A DNA stretch of 64,000 nt from an uncultured Oscillospiraceae bacterium (GCA_934615645.1 CAKTTR010000001.1:15475-79474), one strand, 5' to 3'. Positions 17,159 through 27,677 are shown, counted from the stretch's first letter. Program-made: numbers and translations. Notes: generated by a model not told the origin, from the letters alone.

Positions 17159-19981
17159 ATGCTAGATAAAATTTCCATCCGCGGCGCCAGAGCGAACAAC
17201 CTGAAAAATGTCGATCTGGACTTGCCGCGGGATAAGCTGATCGTTTTCACCGGCCTATCCGGCTCGGGAAAATCCAGCTTGGCGTTTGATACGATCTTTG
17301 CCGAGGGGCAGCGGCGCTACGTGGAGTCCCTCTCCTCCTATGCCCGGCAATTTTTGGGGCAGATGGACAAACCGGATGTGGACTCCATTGACGGCCTCTC
17401 CCCTGCCATCTCCATCGACCAGAAGACGACTTCGAAAAACCCCCGCTCCACCGTGGGGACGGTCACAGAGATTTATGACTATCTGCGCCTGCTCTGGGCC
17501 CGGGTCGGCACACCCCATTGCCCGCGCTGCGGCAAGGAGATCCGCCGCCAGACCATTGACCAGATCGTGGATAAGGTCGGGCAGTTGCCGGAGGGGACGA
17601 AATTCCAGGTCCTGGCCCCGGTCATCCGGGGGAAAAAGGGCGAGCACAGCAAAGTCCTGGAGGACGCACGGCGCAGCGGCTTTGTCCGCGTCCGGGTGGA
17701 TGGCAGCTTATACGATCTTTCTGAAGAGATCACGCTGGATAAGAATAAAAAGCATCACATCGAGCTGGTCGTGGACCGGCTGGTCATGCGCGGCGAGATC
17801 CGCCGCCGGTTGGCTGACTCCATCGAGACGGCCACAGCCCGCAGCGGCGGTTTGGTCATCATCCAGGAGCCGGGCAGCGGCGCGGAGACGCTGTACTCCC
17901 AGAATTACGCCTGCGATGACTGCGGCGTGAGCTTGCAGGAGCTCTCGCCCCGGATGTTCTCGTTCAACAACCCCTATGGCGCCTGCCCGGCGTGTACCGG
18001 CCTGGGCTTTTTGCAAAAGGCCGACCCGGAGCTGGTCATTCCGGACCCGAGTCGTTCGATCTGGGATGGCGGCATCGAGGCCAGCGGCTGGAACAGCGTC
18101 AAGTCAGATTCCATCGCGCGGATGTATTTTGAAGCCCTGGCGGAGAAATACCACTTTTCCCTGCAGGACCCGATCAACAAGCTGCCCAAAGCGGGACTGC
18201 AGGCGATTTTATACGGCACCGGCAAGGAAAAGCTGCAGCTGCACTACTCCCGCGGCAATGGCCGGGGGACACTGGAGCAGCCCTTTGAGGGCGTTCTGCC
18301 AAATCTGGAGCGCCGCTTGCGGGAGACCCAGTCCGACGCGATGCGCAAGGAGCTGGAGTCCTATATGGCGGCCCAGCCCTGCCCGGAATGCCATGGCGAC
18401 CGCCTCTTGGAGATCTCCCGGGCGGTGACGGTCGGCGGGATGCGCATTGCCGATTTCTGTCGCCTGCCGGTAACGCAGGCGCTGGCATTTGTGAACGATT
18501 TGCACCTGACCGGCGCCCAGGCGATGATCGCCGACCAGATCCTGCGGGAGCTGCGGTCGCGGCTGGGCTTTTTGAAGGACGTGGGCCTGGAGTACCTGAC
18601 CCTGGCCCGGGCTGCCGGGACGCTTTCCGGCGGCGAGAGCCAGCGTATCCGGCTGGCGACGCAGATCGGCTCGTCTCTGATGGGGGTCTTGTATATCCTC
18701 GATGAGCCGTCCATCGGCCTGCACCAGCGGGATAACGACCGCCTGCTGGCGACACTGAAGCGCCTGCGGGACTTGGGCAATACCCTGATCGTCGTTGAGC
18801 ACGATGAGGATACGATGCGGGCGGCGGATTATATCGTGGACGTCGGCCCCGGCGCGGGCGTCCATGGCGGCAGCATCGTCGCGGCGGGGCCGCTGGAGAA
18901 GATCGTTGCCACGCCGGAGAGCATCACGGGGCAGTATCTGTCCGGCGCGCGGAAGATCCCCGTCCCCACGCAGCGCCGCAGCGGCAATGGCCATTGGCTC
19001 AAGGCCTTCGGCTGCCGGGAAAACAATCTGCAGAATATCGACGTCGCCATCCCCTTGGGGACGTTCACCTGCGTGACCGGCGTCTCCGGGTCGGGCAAGT
19101 CCAGCCTGGTCAATGAGATCCTCTATAAAAAGCTGGCGGCAAAGCTGAACCGGGCCCGGCTGCGGGCCGGGCGGCACGATCATTTTGAGGGCATCGAGCA
19201 TCTGGACAAGGTCATCGCCATCGACCAGAGCCCCATCGGGCGGACGCCCCGGTCGAATCCGGCGACGTATACGGGCCTGTTTAATGATATCCGCGATCTG
19301 TTTGCCGCGACGGCGGAGGCGAAGGCCCGGGGCTACGGCCCGGGGCGGTTCTCCTTCAATGTCAAGGGCGGCCGCTGCGAGGCCTGCAGCGGCGATGGGT
19401 TGGTGCGCATCGAGATGCATTTCCTGCCGGATATTTATGTCCCCTGCGAGGTCTGCGGCGGCCGCCGGTATAACCGGGAGACGCTGGAGGTGCTCTATAA
19501 GGGGAAGAATATCGCGGATATTCTGGATATGACTGCCGATGAGGCATTGGAATTTTTTGAAAACCTGCCCAAGATTCGCCGCAAGGTGGCGACGCTGGTG
19601 GAAGTTGGCCTGGGCTATATCAAGCTGGGCCAGAGCTCCACGACCCTCTCCGGCGGCGAAGCCCAGCGGGTCAAGCTGGCGACGGAGCTCTCCCGCTGCG
19701 CCACCGGCTCGACGATCTATATCCTCGATGAGCCGACGACGGGGCTGCACACCTACGATGTGCATAAGCTGACAGAAGTCCTGCAGCGCCTGGTGGAGTT
19801 GGGCAACACCGTCCTGGTCATCGAGCATAACCTGGACGTGATCAAGACGGCGGACTATATCATCGACCTGGGGCCCGAGGGCGGCACCGGCGGTGGGACC
19901 ATCGTCGCGGCGGGAACGCCGGAGGAGATCGCGCAGCATCCGGCCAGCTATACCGGAAAATATCTGCGGGGCGTGCTGTAA
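17159..19981 (+). CDS. uvrA: excinuclease ABC subunit A
   Basis: [18 protein letters not shown], two ABC modules ([18 protein letters not shown]), zinc-finger CxxC pairs; GGAGGGGGG RBS before ATG 17159. Confidence 0.97.
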   Translation: MLDKISIRGARANNLKNVDLDLPRDKLIVFTGLSGSGKSSLAFDTIFAEGQRRYVESLSSYARQFLGQMDKPDVDSIDGLSPAISIDQKTTSKNPRSTVGTVTEIYDYLRLLWARVGTPHCPRCGKEIRRQTIDQIVDKVGQLPEGTKFQVLAPVIRGKKGEHSKVLEDARRSGFVRVRVDGSLYDLSEEITLDKNKKHHIELVVDRLVMRGEIRRRLADSIETATARSGGLVIIQEPGSGAETLYSQNYACDDCGVSLQELSPRMFSFNNPYGACPACTGLGFLQKADPELVIPDPSRSIWDGGIEASGWNSVKSDSIARMYFEALAEKYHFSLQDPINKLPKAGLQAILYGTGKEKLQLHYSRGNGRGTLEQPFEGVLPNLERRLRETQSDAMRKELESYMAAQPCPECHGDRLLEISRAVTVGGMRIADFCRLPVTQALAFVNDLHLTGAQAMIADQILRELRSRLGFLKDVGLEYLTLARAAGTLSGGESQRIRLATQIGSSLMGVLYILDEPSIGLHQRDNDRLLATLKRLRDLGNTLIVVEHDEDTMRAADYIVDVGPGAGVHGGSIVAAGPLEKIVATPESITGQYLSGARKIPVPTQRRSGNGHWLKAFGCRENNLQNIDVAIPLGTFTCVTGVSGSGKSSLVNEILYKKLAAKLNRARLRAGRHDHFEGIEHLDKVIAIDQSPIGRTPRSNPATYTGLFNDIRDLFAATAEAKARGYGPGRFSFNVKGGRCEACSGDGLVRIEMHFLPDIYVPCEVCGGRRYNRETLEVLYKGKNIADILDMTADEALEFFENLPKIRRKVATLVEVGLGYIKLGQSSTTLSGGEAQRVKLATELSRCATGSTIYILDEPTTGLHTYDVHKLTEVLQRLVELGNTVLVIEHNLDVIKTADYIIDLGPEGGTGGGTIVAAGTPEEIAQHPASYTGKYLRGVL

Positions 19982-19991
19982 AGGAGAGAGC

Positions 19992-20684
19992 ATGGAAAAA
20001 GAAGGCAATATTCACGCCGGGCATCGGCAGCGACTGAAGCAGCGATTTCTGGAGGCGGGGATGGACGGCCTTTCGGATGTCAACTGCCTGGAACTGCTGC
20101 TGTTCTACGCCATTGCCCGGCGGGATACGAACCCGCTGGCCCATGCGCTGCTGGAACGGTTCGGCTCGCTTTCGGCTGTTTTCAACGCGCCGCCGGAACA
20201 GCTGCAGCAGGTGCCGGGGATCTCGGAGCATGCGGCGGTCTTGCTGCACGCCATCCCGGCGCTGGGCAGAAGGTATTTTATCGACCAGACCCGGCAAGAG
20301 AAGATCCTGAACTCGACCGAGCGCTGCGGCGCGTATCTGATCCCGTATTTCTTCGGCGCCCGGGAAGAGCAGGTGTATCTGCTGAGCCTGGATGCCAAGT
20401 GCAAGGTGTTGGACTGCAGGCTTCTCTCCCGCGGTAGTGTCAACGCGGCGGAGATCTCTGTGCGGCGCATCGTGGAGACGGCGCTTGCGGTCAACGCAAC
20501 GTCTGTCGTTCTGGCCCATAACCACACCAGCGGCATTGCACTGCCCTCCCGGGAGGACGAGGCGACGACCCGCCGCTTAGAGACAGCGCTGGATGCCGTG
20601 GGCATTCAACTGGTGGACCATATCATTGTGGCGGATAACGATTTTGTCTCCATGGCCGACAGTGGCTTTTTCCAGAATCGCTGA
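19992..20684 (+). CDS. radC: RadC-like JAB-domain protein (UPF0758)
   Basis: HhH-like N-terminus plus JAMM motif LAHNHTSG; AAGGAGAG RBS before ATG 19992. Confidence 0.88.
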   Translation: MEKEGNIHAGHRQRLKQRFLEAGMDGLSDVNCLELLLFYAIARRDTNPLAHALLERFGSLSAVFNAPPEQLQQVPGISEHAAVLLHAIPALGRRYFIDQTRQEKILNSTERCGAYLIPYFFGAREEQVYLLSLDAKCKVLDCRLLSRGSVNAAEISVRRIVETALAVNATSVVLAHNHTSGIALPSREDEATTRRLETALDAVGIQLVDHIIVADNDFVSMADSGFFQNR

Positions 20685-20710
20685 GCGGAAAATACATAGC
20701 AAAACATAGT

Positions 20711-20749
20711 AAAAACCACAGGCAAGCGAAATACTTGCCTGTGGTTTTG
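20711..20749. terminator. bidirectional terminator between radC and the adenylase gene
   Basis: CCACAGGCAAG / CTTGCCTGTGG stem flanked by an A-run and a T-run. Confidence 0.8.
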
Positions 20750-20758
20750 TTATGTCCG

Positions 20759-22318
20759 TTATTGCGGTGCGGGCTGGGCATCTGGCGTGTTTGCCAGATG
20801 GGCCTGGGTGATGTAGCGGCTTTTGAGCATGGCCCGGTCGATTTTGCCATTGGCGTTAAAGGGCATCTGCTCCAGGTGGATGAACCGGTTGGGCTGCATG
20901 TAATTGGGCACGGTGTGCCGCAGCCGGAAGAGGATGCGGGATTCGTCGATGGGCCCATCGTAGATGCAGACGATCTGGTCCGTATCGGCCTGGTGCAGGC
21001 AGACGGCGTTTTTGATCTCCGCCAGGCTGCACAGGACGGCTTCAATCTCGCCCAGCTCAATGCGGTAGCCCATATGCTTGATCTGCCCGTCCTTCCGGGA
21101 GCAGAAGCGGAGGATCCCACGCTTGTCCATAATGCCCAAATCGCCGGTCCGGTAAATGAGGTCCGGATAAGCAGAGGCGGGGTTTTGGACAAAGGCGGCG
21201 GACGTCTTGTCCGGGTCATTATAATAGCCCTTGGCCAGGCCGATGCCCCGGACGCAGATCTCGCCGATCTGGCCGCGCTTGACGAAGTTGAGATCGTCAT
21301 CCAGCAGCATGACCTGCTTGTTCAGGCAGGGACGGCCGATGGGGATCATCTCCTCGTCGGCAAATTCCTTGTTGACGATAAAATAAGTGCAGTCAACGGT
21401 GACTTCCGTCGGACCGTAGAGATTGACATATTGCACGTCCGGCAGGGCGGCCCGCCAGATGTTCAGCTCCCGGGCCCGCATCGGCTCGCCGCCGACGATG
21501 ACGCGCTTGAGCCAGCGGGGCGCCGCCTTGGCCAGTGCGCCGGAGTTTGCCAGCTGGTTAAACGCGCCGGTGCTCCAGATGAAGGAGGTGATGCCGTAGT
21601 CGTCGGCAAAGGCGAGCAGCCGCTCCGGCAGCAGGACGTATTCCTGCGGGAAGATGTGGACGGTACAGCCGCAGCGCAGGCCCAGGTAGATATCCTTGAC
21701 AGAGAGGTCAAAGTAGAAGGGGGCCTGGTTGCCGAGAATGTCTTCGTCGGTGAAGTGGAACGTATCGGCCATCCACTCGGTGAAATCAATGACAGCCCGG
21801 TGGGAGATCACGATCCCCTTGGGTGCGCCGGTGGAGCCGGAGGTGTAGATGACATAGGCCGGGTCGATATCCAGGACCATCTGGCGGCGGGCCGTCAGGA
21901 ACATCGTCACCGGGTTGGCCCGCTGGGCTTCTTCCAGGGTGAAGACCGGGCACATGGCGGCGAAGTGGTCCATATCCTCCTCTGCGTCCCGGGGGCCTAG
22001 CAGCGCGGCGGGGCGCAGCTGCCGCAGGATCATCTCCAGGCGGCGGGGCGGCATATCCCGGTCGATGGGGACGTAATAGTTGCCGCTGGCCAAGATCCCC
22101 ATAAACCCAGCCAGGCTCAGAGAGGAGCGCTCGACCAGAATGGCGATGGGCCGGTTCAGGGCGTTGGTCCGGGTCATGATAAATGTGCCGATGGCTTCGG
22201 CAGCGTGCAGCAGGGACCGGAAGGTGTAAGCATTTTTCGGGTCGGCAAAGGCGACTTTGTCGCCATATTGTGCAGCCGAGTGTTCGAGATACTCAAACAG
22301 ATTCTTTTGCAGCGCCAA
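20759..22318 (-). CDS. stand-alone amino-acid adenylation enzyme, DltA-like (AMP-dependent synthetase/ligase)
   Basis: A-domain core motifs YTSGSTGAPKG, FYFDLSVKDIY (DltA-like FDLSV), NLYGPTE, YRTGD, NGKIDR. TTG start with AGGTGG RBS. No carrier protein or dltB/C/D nearby. Confidence 0.8.
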   Translation of the reverse strand: MALQKNLFEYLEHSAAQYGDKVAFADPKNAYTFRSLLHAAEAIGTFIMTRTNALNRPIAILVERSSLSLAGFMGILASGNYYVPIDRDMPPRRLEMILRQLRPAALLGPRDAEEDMDHFAAMCPVFTLEEAQRANPVTMFLTARRQMVLDIDPAYVIYTSGSTGAPKGIVISHRAVIDFTEWMADTFHFTDEDILGNQAPFYFDLSVKDIYLGLRCGCTVHIFPQEYVLLPERLLAFADDYGITSFIWSTGAFNQLANSGALAKAAPRWLKRVIVGGEPMRARELNIWRAALPDVQYVNLYGPTEVTVDCTYFIVNKEFADEEMIPIGRPCLNKQVMLLDDDLNFVKRGQIGEICVRGIGLAKGYYNDPDKTSAAFVQNPASAYPDLIYRTGDLGIMDKRGILRFCSRKDGQIKHMGYRIELGEIEAVLCSLAEIKNAVCLHQADTDQIVCIYDGPIDESRILFRLRHTVPNYMQPNRFIHLEQMPFNANGKIDRAMLKSRYITQAHLANTPDAQPAPQ

Positions 22319-22365
22319 GGGGATACGCCACCTTTCTCTCTAGGATGCGCCGGGCGTGCCGGCGG

Positions 22366-22872
22366 TCAGAAGGGTAAAATCGGGGCGGAGCCGTCGTCCT
22401 CCGCCTGCGTAATGGCACGGATGAGAACGGCATAGTGATACTGAGGGCTAACCTGGACCTCGACCCGGTCGCCGGCGCGGCGGCCGAGGACAGCCTTGCC
22501 CAAGGGGGATTCCTTGCTGATCAGGCCCTGGTCCGGGTCGGTCCGGATCGTGGTAACGACCTGGATGGTCTGCTCCATCTCGTCCTCTTCAAAGTAGAGG
22601 GTCACCTTGTCAAACAGCCCGACGACGCTGCTCTGCTTGGGGGCTTCGTCGATCACATGGGCGGTTTTGATCATATTCTGCAGGTAGCGGATGCGGCTTT
22701 CGTTGCGGTTTTTGGCGCGCTTGGCTTCTTTGTATTCGAAATTCTCGCTCAGATCGCCAAATTCGCGGCAGCGCTTGACCTCCTCTAAAAGGACGGGCCG
22801 CTGGTTTTGGATCCGGTCGTCCAGCTCCTGCTGCATTAAGCGAATGTCCTGTTTTGTCAATTCGTCGTGCAT
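22366..22872 (-). CDS. greA: transcription elongation factor GreA
   Basis: GDLSENFEYKEAKR coiled-coil tip motif, C-terminal FKBP-like domain. Confidence 0.95.
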   Translation of the reverse strand: MHDELTKQDIRLMQQELDDRIQNQRPVLLEEVKRCREFGDLSENFEYKEAKRAKNRNESRIRYLQNMIKTAHVIDEAPKQSSVVGLFDKVTLYFEEDEMEQTIQVVTTIRTDPDQGLISKESPLGKAVLGRRAGDRVEVQVSPQYHYAVLIRAITQAEDDGSAPILPF

Positions 22873-22930
22873 AAAACTGCCTCTTTCCTTTGGGCGCGGG
22901 GCTTGGACAGGCCCGGCAGTCCTTGCAAAT

Positions 22931-22959
22931 ATATTACCACGTTACGGCAAACGCGTCAA
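22931..22959 (-). promoter_or_regulatory. greA promoter
   Basis: On the - strand TTGACG (22954-22959), 17 nt, TAATAT (22931-22936). Confidence 0.55.
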
Positions 22960-22980
22960 TGAAAAGCGCGTTAAAAATCC

Positions 22981-23841
22981 TTAAACCGATGCGTCCGGCT
23001 CCTCGCCGGGCGCGCGGTTCGCCGGTGCGGCATCCTGCTCGACGATGGGGATAAAGTGCTTGGCAAACTTCTGCTTGCCCCGGCTGCGGACATAGAAAAA
23101 GCCGATGACGGAGAACACGACCGCGCCGATAAAATTGACGAACAGGTCCTTCATCGTGTCATACAGGCCGATATCCAGATAGCCGCCCAGGCCGAGGGAC
23201 TGGCCATTGATGCTGGTGTCGGTGATATCGCGGATGACGATGGGGGTATTACTATTGGCCGGGTCCAGCTTCACAGAGGAGATCACGTGCAGGACGGTGT
23301 CCTTCTGCATGTCTGTCTGGAAAAAATAGTCCATGGCGAATTCAAAAAATTCCCAGAGAATGCCGATGGTCATGGAAAAGCAGAACGCGACCAGGGCCAA
23401 AAACAGCGGCGACAGCTCCAGCTGGAAGCGCTTGTTGCGGTTGAACAGATCCACCAGGGAGAAGCCGACAGCGGCGGCCATAAAGCCGTTGATGGTGTGC
23501 ATTAAGGTGTCCCACCCGGTGTAGCGGACATACCAGCAGGCCAGCTCGCCCAGAATCTCTGCGGCGAAAATAAAGCAGAGGATGATGATCTCCAGCGTGT
23601 CCGGCAGGTCGACCCGGAAGTTGCGCTCCACAAAGGCGGGCAGCAGGAACAGCACCAGCGTCAGCGCGCAGGTGGCGACGTTTTCATAGCGCCCGCGGAT
23701 GGCGGAGAGCACCAGCGCCGCAAGGACGATGGCCCGGAGGGTGAAATAGACGATAAATTTGCCCTTGTGCTCGTGAAATTGCTGCCGCAGGCTCTGGCGG
23801 TCATAGGGGGGCAGCGGGGATTGTAGCTTTTTCTTTGCCAT
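22981..23841 (-). CDS. integral membrane protein, about 6 TM segments, family unassigned
   Basis: Hydrophobic segments throughout (FIVYFTLRAIVLAALVL, LTLVLFLLPAFV, IIILCFIFAAEILG, FMAAAVGFSLV, LFLALVAFCFSMTIGILW, FIGAVVFSVIGFFYV). Start MAKKKLQ at 23841 behind GGAG; overlaps the yhaN-like stop by 41 nt. Confidence 0.7.
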   Translation of the reverse strand: MAKKKLQSPLPPYDRQSLRQQFHEHKGKFIVYFTLRAIVLAALVLSAIRGRYENVATCALTLVLFLLPAFVERNFRVDLPDTLEIIILCFIFAAEILGELACWYVRYTGWDTLMHTINGFMAAAVGFSLVDLFNRNKRFQLELSPLFLALVAFCFSMTIGILWEFFEFAMDYFFQTDMQKDTVLHVISSVKLDPANSNTPIVIRDITDTSINGQSLGLGGYLDIGLYDTMKDLFVNFIGAVVFSVIGFFYVRSRGKQKFAKHFIPIVEQDAAPANRAPGEEPDASV

Positions 23842-25651
23842 AGGGGGCTCCTTCCTGAGGGAAATTGAGGGAATCGAGATAATGCTGCTCCCGCGCCTGG
23901 CAGGTAAACAGTAGGATCTGGCGCTGCTGGGCCAGCTGCCGGAGCAGATCCAACGCGCGGGCCATACGGGTATCATCAAAGCAGACCAGGGCGTCGTCGA
24001 GGACGCAGGGCGTCTCCGGCGGGGCCAAAAGCTGGGCGATGGCCAGGCGCAGGGCGAGCCAGATCTGGTCGCAGGTGGCGGCGCTGTAGCAGCGGCTGGA
24101 ATGGGCGGTGGGGTCGCCGGGCTCCTGCAGGCGGACCTGCAACTGCCGGTCCAGCTCCAATTGCCGGTGGGGGATGCCTGTCAGCTGGGCCAGATATTCC
24201 CCGGCCAGCCGCCGCAGCGGCGGGGCGAAGCGGGCCTGCAGGGCATCGCTGGCCCGCTGCAGAGCGTCCAGCGCCAGGCCGAGGGCTTCGTAATGCTGGG
24301 TGAGCGCGGCCAGCCGGTCTGTCAGCGCTTTGCGCTGCTGCTGCAGCTGCGGCAGCGGCGGATAAACCTCCAGCCGCGCCTGGGCAGCGGCAAGCTGCTG
24401 GCGGCAGCTTGCCCGGCGGGCGTCCAGTTCCTGCATGGCGTCATCGTGCGGCTGCGCCGGGAGCAGCTGCAGCAGCTGCTGCAGCGCGGCGTCCGCCTGC
24501 CGGGCCTGCGCTTCGGCCTGCGCGCGGCGTTGGGGCAGGGCCAGGGCGTTTAAAATCGCGGCCTGGGCTTCCGCAGGCGTGTTTGCCTGGGGAAATGCCG
24601 CGGTGATCTCGGCGGGCAGACGGTCTGACGCCGCCTTTCGGGCAGGCCACAGTGCGGCCAGGGCGCTGGCCAGGGCCAGAACACCGCAGGCGATGGCGGC
24701 GGGCAGGCTGCGGCGCAGCAGCGCCGCGGCGAAAGCCAGCAGGAGCGCCGCGGCGAGGAAGGGCCAGCGGCGATGCTTCTGGCGCGGCAGCTCTGCCGGG
24801 TCGGCGGCAAGCTGGGTCAGCCATTGGCGCAGCTGCGCATCTTCCGGCAGCGCGGCCTGCTGCTGCGTGAGGGCAGCCAGCTGCTCGTTTGCCAGCTTCG
24901 CTTGCAGCTGGGCATCCCGGCGGGCAGCTTCCGTTTGGGCGGCGCAGCGGGATGCAGCGTTGCGATAGGCCTCGTCCAGCTGCGTTAGCTGCTTTTGTTG
25001 ATTGGCGCAGGCGTCCTCCAGCGCGCTGCGCTGGGCCAGGGCCTGCTCACATTGGGCCAGCTCTGCCTGGCAGGCAGGGATCAGGCCGGTTTTATGATGC
25101 TGGCAGCGGCGTTGGAGCTGCTGCAGCTGCTGCTTTGCCTGGGCGAATGTCGCCTCCTGCGGCCCCGTCGAGACCAGGCGCTGCAGCTGCTGCTCCAGGG
25201 CCTCGTCATAAGTCAGCGCGTGGGCCTCCTGGGCCAGAAAGACGCTGCGGGCAAAGACGCTGCGGGGCAGACCTGTCAGCGTTTGGCCGCAGGTTGCGGC
25301 CTGCAGCTCGTCGATGGGCGCGCCGGAGTCCGTATCATAAGCGCGGAAGACCGAGAACGGCGCTTTCGGTGTGCTGCTGCGTTCGATGGTCACTGCCCGG
25401 TCTTGCCACACAAGGTCGATGCGCCCGGCCATGGGCTTGCCGGACCAGGGCTGGTATTTATGCTTGTCCGCCAGGGCGGCCTTGCTGTCGCGCTGGCTGG
25501 CGTCGATGCCGTAGAGCATGGCCAGCAGGAAGGCGCACCAGGTGGATTTGCCGCCCTCATTCGGGGCGTACAGGAGATTCAGGCCCGGCTGGAGTGTCAG
25601 CACGGCGCCGTCCAGCTTGCCAAAGGTGGCTTGCAGACGCTTGAGGATCAT
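23801..25651 (-). CDS. AAA/SMC-like ATPase, YhaN/SbcC-like
   Basis: Walker A NEGGKST, long Ala/Gln-rich coiled coil, internal hydrophobic pair (WPFLAAALLLAFAAALL, AIACGVLALASALAALW), C-terminal Walker B VLDDALVCFD; ATGA-coupled to the nuclease gene. Confidence 0.8.
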   Translation of the reverse strand: MILKRLQATFGKLDGAVLTLQPGLNLLYAPNEGGKSTWCAFLLAMLYGIDASQRDSKAALADKHKYQPWSGKPMAGRIDLVWQDRAVTIERSSTPKAPFSVFRAYDTDSGAPIDELQAATCGQTLTGLPRSVFARSVFLAQEAHALTYDEALEQQLQRLVSTGPQEATFAQAKQQLQQLQRRCQHHKTGLIPACQAELAQCEQALAQRSALEDACANQQKQLTQLDEAYRNAASRCAAQTEAARRDAQLQAKLANEQLAALTQQQAALPEDAQLRQWLTQLAADPAELPRQKHRRWPFLAAALLLAFAAALLRRSLPAAIACGVLALASALAALWPARKAASDRLPAEITAAFPQANTPAEAQAAILNALALPQRRAQAEAQARQADAALQQLLQLLPAQPHDDAMQELDARRASCRQQLAAAQARLEVYPPLPQLQQQRKALTDRLAALTQHYEALGLALDALQRASDALQARFAPPLRRLAGEYLAQLTGIPHRQLELDRQLQVRLQEPGDPTAHSSRCYSAATCDQIWLALRLAIAQLLAPPETPCVLDDALVCFDDTRMARALDLLRQLAQQRQILLFTCQAREQHYLDSLNFPQEGAPYGKEKATIPAAPL

Positions 25652-26721
25652 GGCAGCGTCACCTCCCGGCCGTCCAGGGCCTGCAGGCCCAATTCCAGGG
25701 CCAGCTCCAGCGTCTGCCGCTGCGCGCCGTCTGGCGCGGCTTGGATGGCGCTGTGCATCTTCTTGGTAAAGAGGCCCCGCAGGGAGTCCTCTCCGGCATC
25801 TGCCGGGCGCAGCGGCGGCTGCGTCGCATCCACCAGCTGCAGAGAGGCAAAATAGGGCGCAAGCTGCGCCTGCAGCGCGGCAAGGTCCGGGGCCGGGCCG
25901 TCGCCGGTCAGGCGGATGCGGTAATGATGGCGCGCGCTGTCCTTGGGCAGCTGGCTTGCCAGATCGGCCAGCCGGGCTGCGGGCAGGTCCAGAATTTCAT
26001 AGCGGGGGGCGTCCAGCATCTGAAAGTGCAGCTGCACTGCATGCGGGGCGGCCTGTACTAAGTATACGCCCTTTGGACCGGTTTCATCAAAGCCGCGGCC
26101 CATAAAACAGCCAGGCCAGGCGTAGGTGACGCAGGTTTCCGTCCGGTAGGCGGCGCGGCGGTGGATATGGCCCAGGGCCAGGTAGCAAAGGCCACTGGCG
26201 GCGATCTCCGCTGGGGTGGCCGTCCGATAAGCGGGGCCGTTGGGATCGCCGTGCAGGACCATGAAATGTGGCCGCCCGTCCTGCGGGGCGTGAAAACCCG
26301 CCAGGGAGGGCAGCCGCACGTCACAAAACGCAGCGCCGGAGACGGTGCAGTCGCCGAGGTCCAGCGTTTCGATCTGAGGGGTTGCGAAAATATGCACCTG
26401 GCTGGGCCAGGGATAGCACTGGTAAGGGCTGTCCGGCCCCATGGGGTCATGATTGCCCGGGGCGATGAAAACCTGCGCCGGGCATTCCGCCAGCGCCTGG
26501 CGCAATTGATCGACGGTATCGCGGTAGACCGTGCCAGTATCGAAGAGATCCCCGGCCAGCAGTACCAGACGGCAGCCCTCCCGGCGGCAGAGCCGGGGCA
26601 GAGCCTCCAGCAGCTGGCGGGCCTGCTGGCGCCGCGCCGCTGCCTGCTCCGGCGGCAGCCCGGCAAAGGGCGAATCCAGATGCAGATCTGCCGCGTGCAG
26701 CAGCTTGATCGGCTCAATCAT
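25648..26721 (-). CDS. metallophosphoesterase DNA-repair exonuclease, YhaO/SbcD-like
   Basis: LLHAADLHLDSPF, AGDLFD, GNHDP calcineurin-like motifs; start MIEPIKLLH at 26721. Confidence 0.85.
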   Translation of the reverse strand: MIEPIKLLHAADLHLDSPFAGLPPEQAAARRQQARQLLEALPRLCRREGCRLVLLAGDLFDTGTVYRDTVDQLRQALAECPAQVFIAPGNHDPMGPDSPYQCYPWPSQVHIFATPQIETLDLGDCTVSGAAFCDVRLPSLAGFHAPQDGRPHFMVLHGDPNGPAYRTATPAEIAASGLCYLALGHIHRRAAYRTETCVTYAWPGCFMGRGFDETGPKGVYLVQAAPHAVQLHFQMLDAPRYEILDLPAARLADLASQLPKDSARHHYRIRLTGDGPAPDLAALQAQLAPYFASLQLVDATQPPLRPADAGEDSLRGLFTKKMHSAIQAAPDGAQRQTLELALELGLQALDGREVTLP

Positions 26722-27490
26722 AGAGGGCGACCTGCTCGACGCTGCGGCATTTGCCGGTGTTTGCATCAAAGGTGAAGATGGCCCCCTCCAGCTTGCAGGG
26801 CCCCGGTGCAGGCTCGTAGCGGCCGGTGAGATCGCCCCGGAATTTTGCGATGGACTGCGCCGGTTTGACGCCCAAAATGGAGTGGGCCGGGCCGGTCATG
26901 CCGAGGTCTGTGAGATAGCCGGTGCCGCCGGGCAGGAGCTGGGCGTCGGCCGTGGGGACATGGGTGTGCGTCCCCCAGACGGCGGTGACACGCCCGGCCA
27001 GCATGTGGCCCATGGCCAGCTTTTCCGAAGTCGCTTCGGCGTGCAGCTCAACGAAGATCAGCTTTGTCTCAATGCGCTTTAAAATGCGCTCGACCTGCAA
27101 AAAGGGGTTCTCCGGCGTGTAGTCCATTCCGCAGCGGCCGATGAGGTCGATGACGGCGACGTCGCCAAAGTCGGTCTCGAAGACGCCCCAGCCGTGCCCC
27201 GGCGCCTGGGGCGCATAGTTGGCCGGGCGGAGCAGGTTCGGGCAGCTTTTGGCGTAGGGCACCAGCTCCCTGCGGCCCCAGGTGTGGTTGCCCATGGTGA
27301 TAACGTCGGCCCCGGCGTCAAAGATGTCCTCCGCCTGTTGGGGCGTGAGCCCCAGCATAGAGGCATTTTCCCCGTTGACGACGGTGAAATCAATTTCATA
27401 CCTGCGCTGCAGCGCGGGCAGCTGGCGGCATAAATAGTCGCAGCCACTGGGGGCGACGACGTCGCCGACGGCCAGCAATCTTCGTTCCAT
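26714..27490 (-). CDS. ymdB: YmdB-family metallophosphoesterase (2',3'-cyclic-nucleotide 2'-phosphodiesterase)
   Basis: LLAVGDVVAPSG, VNGENAS, MGNHTW, ELHAEATSEK motifs; GGGAGGAAAC RBS before ATG 27490. Confidence 0.88.
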   Translation of the reverse strand: MERRLLAVGDVVAPSGCDYLCRQLPALQRRYEIDFTVVNGENASMLGLTPQQAEDIFDAGADVITMGNHTWGRRELVPYAKSCPNLLRPANYAPQAPGHGWGVFETDFGDVAVIDLIGRCGMDYTPENPFLQVERILKRIETKLIFVELHAEATSEKLAMGHMLAGRVTAVWGTHTHVPTADAQLLPGGTGYLTDLGMTGPAHSILGVKPAQSIAKFRGDLTGRYEPAPGPCKLEGAIFTFDANTGKCRSVEQVALYD

Positions 27491-27615
27491 GTAGTTTCCT
27501 CCCGGCGTAGCGCCTTTGCCTGTGCGTACCGGCAAAACGGCGGTTTTCTCGTTCATTGCCGCTATCATACCATTTTTTCCGGGAAAGCACAAGGCCGGAA
27601 ACCGGCGCGCCGCCC

Positions 27616-27643
27616 TTGACAAACTGGCGTACAGCTCTATAAT
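27616..27643 (+). promoter_or_regulatory. promoter of the TrpD-like gene
   Basis: TTGACA 27616-27621, 16 nt, TATAAT 27638-27643. Confidence 0.6.
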
Positions 27644-27677
27644 AAGTATTATGATATGACGAAACGGAGGGCGACCG

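Noticed and set aside
18209-20008. 599-aa - strand ORF inside uvrA. The same pattern occurs at 45361-47598, 61202-62749, 62966-63907, 6193-7944, 8495-9688, 35556-36656, 42464-43936 and 43855-45249
   Set aside because: All lie antisense to strongly supported genes and lack RBSs and recognisable motifs. They are stop-codon-poor shadows of high-GC coding sequence.
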